NCBI GenBank assembly: GCA_009602735.1
Contig: WELA01003638.1
Coordinates: forward strand, 138,925 to 202,924
DNA: 64,000 nt
From: Mesotaenium endlicherianum
Taxonomy: Eukaryota
Direction: 5' to 3'
Shown: positions 54,287 to 62,689 of the stretch, one piece after another
Layout: the number at the start of each line of letters is the position of its first letter
Numbering within the stretch: position 1 is the first letter of the stretch
Translations under genes and position numbers: made by a program
Notes under the pieces: generated by a model
What the model saw: the letters and a program-made list of their open reading frames with translations, nothing else
Database searches by the model: none
What the model was told of the DNA's origin: nothing

Positions 54287-56017
54287 ATGGCGCCCACCAC
54301 ACAAAAGGAGGACAGAAAGCGCAAGGCAGAAGAAGCCAGGAGGACAATGAAGCAATACCAGAAGGAGCTGGCGGCGACGTCCCTCACCAGGAGAGAACAA
54401 GAAAGGGTCCGCAAGCAACAAGAGGCGGCAGAAGAGGCACAGAAGAAGAAGGATCAGGAAGCGGAAAACCTCAGGAAGGCTGAGGAGAAGAGACAGAAGA
54501 AACAGCAAGAAGAAGCGGAAAACCTCAAAAATGCTGAGGAGGAGAGACAGAAGAAACAGCAAGAAGAAGCGGCAGCGGCAGAAGAGGAGAAAAGAAGAAA
54601 GATTGAAGCGGACAGACAGAAGAGCTTGGCCACTTACAGGTATACTGTGGTGGGTGGCCAAAACTTCGATAACCTGAAGGAAGCATTGCTGGCAGCCCAG
54701 GAGATCAACAGGCTGGAACAGACAACACTGCTACAGAAGGAAGGAGCTACAGCACTGGACAGGTACATCGAGACACACACCGGCGTGGTCCTTTACGAAG
54801 ATTATGCTAAGATGGTGGGCTATACAGCAGAGCAGGCCCGGTATCTCGCAGATGATTCAGAGGACAAGCCGGTCCCCATACCGGGAATAGTGGGAGATCA
54901 GAGACTCATCCGGATGGTGAGCATGCGGCCCGATAGCTTTAAGGATACGGTATTCTACCTCACACTCCTGCCAGCTTACAATGAAGTTGAGAGAAGGAGC
55001 TGGGAGTACTTGGCCAGGGAAGCAGGACAGCAGATGTTCTCTCCCCACTGGTTCCCGTGTAAACTGAGGAAGGCTGAGCACGGACCCCAGTACTACCAGC
55101 AGCCAACAGACTGGAGGTGGATGACCGTCACAAATAAGAAGCAGGAGTGTGACCGAGCCCAACCGGATGACTTCCACTATGGCCTAGACGGCTATCTCAT
55201 CCTACCACCTCACATTGCCCCTTGGGACCCCAGGCTGAATGGATGCCTGAGCAATATGAATGCAGAGACCAAGGAACATAGGAGGAGGGGAAGAGAGTAC
55301 TTCTCTAAGGGAAAGCATGCCTTTGTCAAATGGGCAAAGAATGCAGGCCGGATAGATATCAGTAGGCTGAAGGCCAAGCAACCTCCAGCGCGCCCTAAGA
55401 AAGGGAGGTCGGTAGACTACTCCATGTCTACTAGGGAGCAGGACGACTTAGTGGACGAGACCCCTACTCTCTCCGAGGAGGAGGATGAGGAGGATGAGGA
55501 AGAAGAACAAGGCAGAGGAGAAGCATCAGCAGCAGGTACTCAGGATACCCAGGGACAGGCAGTGGCACTTCCTAAAGAACCACGATCAGGTGTGTGGAAT
55601 GTGATCCCCGTTATGGCGACAACTGGACCCCGCGCTCGCTCCCCCAGCCCACCTGCCCAAGCAGGGGAAGAAGCTGATCTGACTGTACTGGGCAGCAGAC
55701 ACAGACAGAAATCCCCAGAGGACAGGGGTGCCAGAAGAGGGACACGCGGGTGGGCCAGAGGTATGCCAGCCTCCCCCTCCGCTCAGGGGCATGTACCTCT
55801 AGCCAATGTATTTCAGCATCCTACTGGAATGCCTGTCTATGTGGGAATCAACACCCAAGTGGTTGAAGAGCAGGCCACCATCCTCCGTTCTCCTCGAGGG
55901 CCAACTTTAGAGCAAACAGGGTTCTTTAGAAGGCCAGCTGACAGACCTAGAGGGCTGTCCAGATCTAGGTCCAGATCTCCGTCTCCTGACCCTGAAGCCC
56001 CAGGAACAACCCCTTAA
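54287..56017 (+). CDS. Family B extra sense ORF (ORF3, 576 aa), function unknown
   Basis: Uninterrupted ORF between the pol stop and the PPT. It has a K/E/Q coiled-coil N-terminus with a 54-nt duplication (54458-54565), a central aromatic-rich domain conserved in the copy at 62690-64000, an acidic tract and an RS-rich tail. Confidence 0.85.
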   Translation: MAPTTQKEDRKRKAEEARRTMKQYQKELAATSLTRREQERVRKQQEAAEEAQKKKDQEAENLRKAEEKRQKKQQEEAENLKNAEEERQKKQQEEAAAAEEEKRRKIEADRQKSLATYRYTVVGGQNFDNLKEALLAAQEINRLEQTTLLQKEGATALDRYIETHTGVVLYEDYAKMVGYTAEQARYLADDSEDKPVPIPGIVGDQRLIRMVSMRPDSFKDTVFYLTLLPAYNEVERRSWEYLAREAGQQMFSPHWFPCKLRKAEHGPQYYQQPTDWRWMTVTNKKQECDRAQPDDFHYGLDGYLILPPHIAPWDPRLNGCLSNMNAETKEHRRRGREYFSKGKHAFVKWAKNAGRIDISRLKAKQPPARPKKGRSVDYSMSTREQDDLVDETPTLSEEEDEEDEEEEQGRGEASAAGTQDTQGQAVALPKEPRSGVWNVIPVMATTGPRARSPSPPAQAGEEADLTVLGSRHRQKSPEDRGARRGTRGWARGMPASPSAQGHVPLANVFQHPTGMPVYVGINTQVVEEQATILRSPRGPTLEQTGFFRRPADRPRGLSRSRSRSPSPDPEAPGTTP

Positions 56018-56130
56018 GGTGACACGCTGAAGAGGCAGTCAGTAAGGGAGGCTGGTCAGGTTCAGTTCCCTTATTTAAAATTTCTGCAGTTTAATGTTGT
56101 CGAGGCGACAACAAGTTAAGTTGGAGGGAT

Positions 56131-56901
56131 TGTAATGAATCAGTATATTAGTGGATATAATATTCATTTAAATATAATAGTTAATTAAGTTCAGCCTGCT
56201 GAACTTTAGTTATTAGTCAGTCTGCTAGACTTTAGCTAATAGTCAGTCTGCTAGACTTTAGCTAATAGTCAGTCTGCTGGACTTTACATAATTATCAGTT
56301 TGCTGACTCAGTCGAAAGCAGCAGGCTGAAAGTCCATATAAGTCAGCTTGCTGACACATTCTTTGACAGCCAGCTGACTTCCGTACTCGGTAGCAGCGAA
56401 CTGCCTTGATATGCATCTAAGTGCGATATGCTAGATGAATGGCCAGATGACATCCCTATGATGGATGGCTATTCGGGATGATGGGAGATGGCGGTGGATT
56501 TGGTTAACCGAGGTCCTACCAACGTGGTTAACTCCCGGGTAGGCGGTGCCATCGCACTGACCGTTGAACAGTAAACTCATTCCATGTACATACGCTAGGA
56601 TTGCTCTCGAGTTCGGCATTCGGAAACGAGGCCAACTCTCTTGTACAGCTTACTGAGAGAGATCTGAATCCAAGGCGAGAAGCCATTGATACGCACTGTC
56701 TTCTAACCTTGCTTATGTATGAGTTTACTGATTTGCATTATTGATGCTAGTTTACTCTCATTTGACTGACGAGTTTTATTCCCTGCTAGTGTATTGTCCT
56801 TTGCCGTTTAACTAGTTAACGGAAATACCATAAAAGATTACTTGCTGATATAAAGATCTTTATTAATTGTTAATCGCCTATCGAGTAAGACGATTCATTT
56901 C
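56131..56901 (+). mobile_element. 3' LTR of family B element (771 bp)
   Basis: TG...CA ends, preceded by the PPT, and homologous to 61910-62629. Confidence 0.93.
56188..56308 (+). repeat. 26-bp tandem array of palindromic units in U3 of the family B LTR
   Basis: AGTTCAGCCTGCTGAACT at 56188, then AGTCAGTCTGCT(A/G)GACT at 56215, 56241 and 56267, and a degenerate fifth unit. Confidence 0.9.
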
Positions 56902-56985
56902 ACCGCTGCACTCTCTAGTATGATGGCAACTAGTTCCTTTCCTCGTGAGTCACTACGCTTCCACTAGGGCACTTTGCCCCTTTCA

Positions 56986-59121
56986 ATAAACGCTTGTGTA
57001 GTAGGAACCTGTGTCTCCTTGGCCTTCTCCAACAAGATGTTCCCTGGATGATATACTTCTCTCCCATAAACCATGGTGAATGGTGACTGCTTGGTCGATC
57101 CCTGCATGCTGTTGTTGTAGGCAAACTCCAATCCTGGTAGCTTCTTGTCCCACTCTGAAGGGTCCTCCATAGTGAAACTCCTGAGCACCACTTGCAGAGT
57201 TCTGTTGAGCCTCTCACTCTGCGCGTCTGTCTGAGGATGATAGGAAGTGCTCATACTCAGCTTGGTCCCCATCAAAGTAAACAATGACCGCCAAAAATTG
57301 CTAGAAAATCTTGGATCCCGATCCGAAACAATCATCTTCGGCAACCCATGTAGCTTGAAAATATGATCAAAGAACAGCCGTGCCACATCTGCTGCCGTAG
57401 AAGTCTCCTTCATGGGAATGAAGTGTGCCATCTTGCTGAGTTTATCAGACACAACCCATACTGCATCGTGCCCTTGACCACTCATTGGTAAAGATGTGAC
57501 GAAGTCCATAGCAATCTGCTCCCAAGTATACTCTGGAATAGGTAGGGGCTGCAATGCACCTTCTTTCTTTTGATTTAGTGTTTTGTTACGTTGGCACGCA
57601 TCGCAACTCCTGATCCACTCCTCGATGTCCTTGACCATTATTCTCCAATAGTAATCCCGCTTCAGCACGCTTGCCGTCTTCTCGCTTCCAAAGTGTCCAG
57701 CATATAAGCAATCATGATGCTCCGCAAGTAGTAAGTCTCGTAGCTCCTTAATGTCAGGTACCACCACTCTCTTGGAATCACCATAATACCATATCCCGTC
57801 CTTCTTGTGCATACTCGAGTTGAACTCAACTGCTCCACCATCAGCATACTCTAAGTCTTCTTCATGACCTCCCTGAAGCTTCTCCTTGAAGTCCATACTC
57901 TCCTTGATGACTGAGACAGCTGCAAGGTCACACCTCCTGGATAAAGCGTCTGCAGGGTTGATCTTCCTAGGTGAGTACTCAATCTTGTGGTCGAACTGTT
58001 GCAGAAACTCCATCCACCTTGCCTGTCTTGGTGTCAACGTTGGCTGCGTCATAAACTTCTCCAAGCTCTTGAGGTCGGTCTTGATAAACACCTTTCTTCC
58101 GTCCACATAACATCGCCAAATCCTCAAAGCCTGGATTATAGCCAACATCTCCCGCTCGTGTGCCGCATGGTTTTGCTCAGCAGGACTCAGCTTCCTGCTC
58201 TCATATGCCACAGGCTGCAATCCTTTCCCTTGGTCCTGGAGAAGAATGGCTCCCACTGCAAAGTTTGATGCGTCCGTGATGATGGTAAAAGGAAGTTCTG
58301 GACTGGCAATTCCCAACACAGGTGCCCATGTCAACAGCTCCTTAATCTTCTCAAAGGCTTGCTGCTCCTTGTCACCCCATAGCCACTTCTCCTGCTTCTT
58401 CAACATGTCTGTCAGCGGTGCACACACCTTGGCAAATCCTTCAATGAAACGTCGATAATAATTCGCCATGCCGAGGAAACTCCTGAGTTGATGAATATGA
58501 GCAGGGACCGGCCAATCTCTGACTGCTTGCACCTTCTTCTGTTCCACCTTGACTCCTTCAGCTCCCACTATATGTCCAAGAAATTCGACTTCATTGAGGT
58601 AGAAGTCGCACTTGCTCATCTTCCCATACAACTTTTGATTTCTCAAGACCTCCAACACCTTCCTCAGATGCTCCACATGCTCTTCCAAGGTCTTCGAATA
58701 GATCAGGATGTCGTCCAAAAATACCACCACAAACTGGTCCAAGTAGGGTCTGAAGATACTATTCATGAGTCCCATCAATGTGGCAGGTGCATTGGTCAAT
58801 CCAAAAGGCATGACTGTGAACTCAAATAAACCATAGCGAGTCCTGAAAGCAGTCTTCTGAACGTCTCCTTCCGCAATCCGTACCTGATGATAGCCACTCC
58901 TCAAATCGATCTTCGAGAAATACTTCGCCCCAACAAGCCTGTCAATCAACTCGTCCACTCAAGGAAGTGGGTACCTGTTCTTGATGGTGATCTTGTTGAG
59001 TGCCCGGTAGTCAACACACATCCTCATAGTCCCATCCTTCTTCTTTACAAATAAGACTGGCGCTGCAAATGGAGACTCGCTCGGTCGGATGAATTCCTTC
59101 TCCAATAACTCTGTCAGCTGT
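56986..59121 (-). pseudogene. Family A pol (RT, RNase H, integrase), 5'-truncated by a family B LTR
   Basis: [17 protein letters not shown] (stop at ~58959), [37 protein letters not shown]...[24 protein letters not shown]. Continues at 48721 after the TSD. Confidence 0.92.
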
Positions 59122-59705
59122 TGAAACGAATCGACTTACCAAATAGGCGATTAACAATTAATAAAGATCTTTATATCAGCAAGTAATCTTTATGGTATTT
59201 TCTGTTAACTGGTTAAGCGGCAAAAAGACAACACACTAGCAGTGAACAATACTCGTAAGTCAAATGCGAGTAGACTAGCATCAATAATGCAATCAGTAAA
59301 CTCGTACATAAGCAAGGTTAGAAGACAATGCGTATCAATGGCTTCTCGCTTTGGATTCAGACCTCTCTCAGATGTACTAACTGGTACATATACCGGCATC
59401 CCAGAAGGATGTTGCATGACATGAGCTAAGGGTACATGCCCTCTCTGCGAGGGAAATGCCGACAGGCCTCTGGCTATTTCTCTAGCAGCCCTCCTGTCTG
59501 CCCTGTCTGACTGGGTCTCCATGCCTGGAGATGGGTTCTGTCCTCTGGCAGTTCCCAGCCAAGTGATATCCTCCTCTTCAGCGAGTTGCTGCAGGGCCAA
59601 CCCCGTCTTCTCCCTTACAGGGGATGTGGCAGGTGTCAGGATCACGGCGGGGCTAGTGTCCTCCTCCTCGCCTTCCTCCTCGTCTTCCTCTGACTCCTCC
59701 TCCTG
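59122..59705 (-). mobile_element. Deleted family B fragment: LTR 3' part (59122-~59372) fused directly to the ORF3 C-terminal region
   Basis: Left part matches 61910-62157. Right part closely matches 62938-63250 (EEESEEDEEEGEEEDTSPAV...HVPLAHVMQHPSGMPVYV). Confidence 0.85.
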
Positions 59706-59905
59706 TCGATGCAGGTATGCGGAGATTAAATTGATCCGACATGTCAGATCAGTCTGATCAGGCCTACTCACGAATATTCTGGAAGGGACGACTTGACAAA
59801 CACTTAGAAAATTCCGTTGCTAAGCAACCCTCCCGCCTGGTGAGGACTTAGGTCAGAAAACTATAAATAGGCATAACTTCCTCATTTCTTATCAGTTTTC
59901 ACTTT
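59703..59905 (+). mobile_element. Diverged internal fragment of a family A-like LTR
   Basis: Aligns to 49082-49271 (tactcacgaatattctggaagggacga...tataaataggcataacttc...tttcttatcagttttca). Confidence 0.8.
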
Positions 59906-60312
59906 TGTCGTGCGTTAAGAGATCGGGTGCGCATTGTCGACATAAGCAACACACAACAGACAAGCAGGCTTTGCTGCAATGAAGTCATAATACAATGGGC
60001 TTTATAGCCAAAAAGGGAGTCAAGCGTTAAATATTTTAATTTAAAACATTTGATGCTTGACTCCCTTTTTGGTTATAAAGCCCATTGTATTATAGACTTC
60101 ATTGCAGCAAAGCCTGCTTGTCTATTGTGTGTTGCTTATCCCGACAATGCGCACCCAATTTCTTAACGCACGACAGAATTAAAATATTTGACGCTTGACT
60201 CCCTTTTTGGCTATAAAGCCATTTATATTATAGACTTCATTGCAGCAAAGCCCGCTTGTCTATTGTGTGTTGCTTATATCGACTATGCGCACCCGATCTC
60301 TTAACGCACGAC
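59906..60312. repeat. Three copies of a ~135-bp unit: inverted pair 59906-60040/60041-60175 (TGT...ACA fold-back) plus direct copy 60177-60312
   Basis: tgtcgtgcgttaaga...aaatattttaat is followed by its reverse complement twice. Confidence 0.9.
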
Positions 60313-61121
60313 GGCTGGCGCCTCCTGCCCTGCTGCTGGCGTGAATTGTGGTGCTGCCAACGTCACCTGCCCTGCAACTGTCTGCGCGCGTCCTGTCGTA
60401 GGTGCTGCCTCCTTGGCAGCTGCCGCAAGCTGCCCTGGCACACCTGCCTGAGAACGTAAGCGAGAAAAAAGAAATGGCGCAAGAAGATCTCCGTCGCCTC
60501 TCGATCAGTGACAATGCCCACGTCTCGTCGTAGGTGCGTCAAGCGCCGGTACATCATGCGAATGGTCTCGTTCCTGCGGCAGACGAAGTGGTGCAGCTCG
60601 TACACCTTCTCTTCAGTAGCGGTCTGGAACTCTCTCTTGAGGATGTCCCAGAAGGCTTGAACTGGGTCGGCAAGAAGAGTAGCCACTGGCGGGTCTCCCA
60701 CGAGTTCGGTGCGAGCTCGAAGCTCGGCTTCCTTCTCACGAAAGGTGTCGCGGGCCTCGTGAGAGAGGTAACGCATAAGCGTGTCAAAGACGTCACGCTT
60801 TGTCAGCGCTGGCGTCTTGAGCAATGCCGCCGCGAAGTCAGCCTGAAACTCCGAGATGGTATCTTCCAGGTCACAAGTGCCTGGCCTGCCGCTGAAGCGA
60901 TAGGCGGACCTGTCAGTCTTGACCTCTTGATCACCTGCCATAGGGTACCAGATGTCGTTTTGAGGCCACTGGGATGATGGCTCAGTGAGTACTGCAGGTT
61001 GCTGTAGAGCAAGATGATCTCTTTCAGAGGTTTCAGTGATAGTTTTGAGATCTGAGTCTGAGTCTCCCTGTCTAACCCCTTCGTAGAAAGGCTGATAAGA
61101 AAGCCCAGTACGAGTAGGCAT
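60313..61121 (-). pseudogene. Truncated gag-like ORF of a third retroelement family (C)
   Basis: YRFSGRPGTCDLE...F...YLSHEARDTF...FWDILKREF...L...NETIRMMYRRL pattern is typical of Ty3/gypsy gag. Likely frameshift near 60470. Cut by the fold-back repeat. Confidence 0.6.
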
Positions 61122-61909
61122 ATGCTGAAGATTCTAATTGCGTGAAGGCAAAGAGAGATCTTTTTAGCAGTAAGGAGTGTGTACTCTTCAGAGTGAGCAC
61201 CTCAAGACTGTAATCTGGGAGGAAAACAACTAATGAAGTCTGGTCCAAAAGATCACTGGAAGCACATCATGATCTTCAAGAGTAGTCCTATGGCAGGGGG
61301 CATAAGCTGTGACTTTGCTCACCACTTGTGAAGTTCTTCTAGTGAATGGAAGCCAGTAAGGCTTGCTCTTCACAAGAGAGAGACTAAGTGGTCCTGAAAA
61401 CACAAAAGATAAAAGTGTAAGCCTTACTTCTAAAAAGATGTTCCTCTAGGGACATCTCTAGCACTTATATTCCTGGAAATCTGACGTCGTGTGCGACAAA
61501 TCCAATGCATGTAGTCACTCTAGGAGGCTCTCCTATGTCCACTGATGTGTACAAGGCATGTACTAGCACTCCTATAGGCTAAGCATAACTCAAACCAATC
61601 AAAGCAAAGCACGTAGAATATGCTAAGTGTCTCTCATTGGTGGAGCTTACCTTGGGTAGTTCTACCTAGATAGCGCCTCAAAAGTGAATCTGAAACTTGA
61701 AAAAGCTTCCTCTAGGAGTAGGTGATGCAGTCACCAAGTTATAACCTCAATGATGCACTTATACTATGGAAATGCAAGACTTATGTAGTCTAAAGGGCTC
61801 GCAAATTTGTGCGTACAAAGCTAGGGGTCCTTGAGGTCACGAATAGTCAACATCGTCACCTTTGGGTGCATTGAGTCACAAGTTGGCCATTTGGTGTGAT
61901 TCCGCTAGG

Positions 61910-62629
61910 TGAAATGAATCGACTTACCAAATAGGCGATTAACAATTAATAAAGATCGTTATATCAGCAAATAATCTTTATGGATTTTCCGTTAACTGAT
62001 TAAACGGCAAAAGGACAACACACTAGCAGTGAACAACACTTGTAAATCAAATGCGAGTGAACTAGCATCAATAATGTACTCAATAAACTCATACATAAGC
62101 AAGGGTAGAAGACAGTGCGTATCAATGGCTTCCCGCCTTGGATTCAGATGCTCTCAGTAAGCGGTACAAGAGAGTTGCCCTCGTTTTCGAATGCCAAACT
62201 CGAGAGCAAGACCTAGCATATGTACATGGAATGAGTTTACTGTTCAACGGCCAGTGCGATGGCACCGCCTACCCGGGAGTTAACCACGTTGGTAGGACCT
62301 CGGTTAACCAAATCCACCGCCATCTCCCATCATCCCGAATCGCCATCCATCATAGGGATGTCATCTGGCCATTCATCTAGCGTATCACACTTAGATGAAT
62401 ATCGAGGCAATTCGCTGCTACCGAGTACGGAAGTCAGCTGGCTGTCAAAGAATGTGTCAGCAGGCTGACTTAAGCTGACTTCAGCCTGCTGCTTTCGGCT
62501 GAGTCATTAAACTGATATTAAATATAAGGTCCAGCACACTGATTATTAACTAGAGTTCAGCAGGCTGAACTTATTTAATTGTTTATATTTAAATGAATAT
62601 TATATCAACCAATATACTGATTCATTACA
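61910..62629 (-). mobile_element. 3' LTR (720 bp) of a second family B element that extends beyond the window
   Basis: TGTAATGAATCAG start at 62629 after the PPT AAGTTGGAGGGAT, and ...GATTCATTTCA end at 61910. Confidence 0.92.
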
Positions 62630-62689
62630 ATCCCTCCAACTTAACATGTTGTCGCCTCAACAACATTGACACGGGGTACATAGGTTTCT

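Larger units (their letters stand above)
49878..56901 (+). mobile_element. Family B Ty3/gypsy chromovirus, near full length: 5' LTR (mostly in gap, ends 49945), PBS, gag, pol, ORF3, PPT, 3' LTR 56131-56901
   Basis: Matching LTR ends ...GTAAGACGATTCATTTCA at 49945 and 56901. Internal order gag-RT-RNaseH-integrase-chromodomain. PPT AAGTTGGAGGGAT immediately before TGTAATG at 56131. Confidence 0.93.
48727..56985 (+). mobile_element. Apparent solo LTR of family A (48727-49271, gap, resumes 56902-56985) with TSD ATAAA, itself interrupted by a family B element
   Basis: Starts TGTAAGGTCATAGG at 48727 and ends GCCCCTTTCA at 56985. ATAAA is present at 48722-48726 and 56986-56990. The host pol frame is rejoined across the TSD. 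Confidence 0.85.

Noticed and set aside
54287..56017. ORF3 as an envelope gene
   Set aside because: No signal peptide or transmembrane helix is visible, and the protein is highly charged.
56188..56308. Palindromic repeats resembling a CRISPR array
   Set aside because: Linkers are ~9 nt and near-identical rather than unique spacers, the array lies inside an LTR, and there are no cas genes.
59906..60312. Penelope-type pseudo-LTR with hammerhead ribozyme
   Set aside because: No CTGANGA...GAAA core on either strand and no PLE reverse transcriptase nearby.
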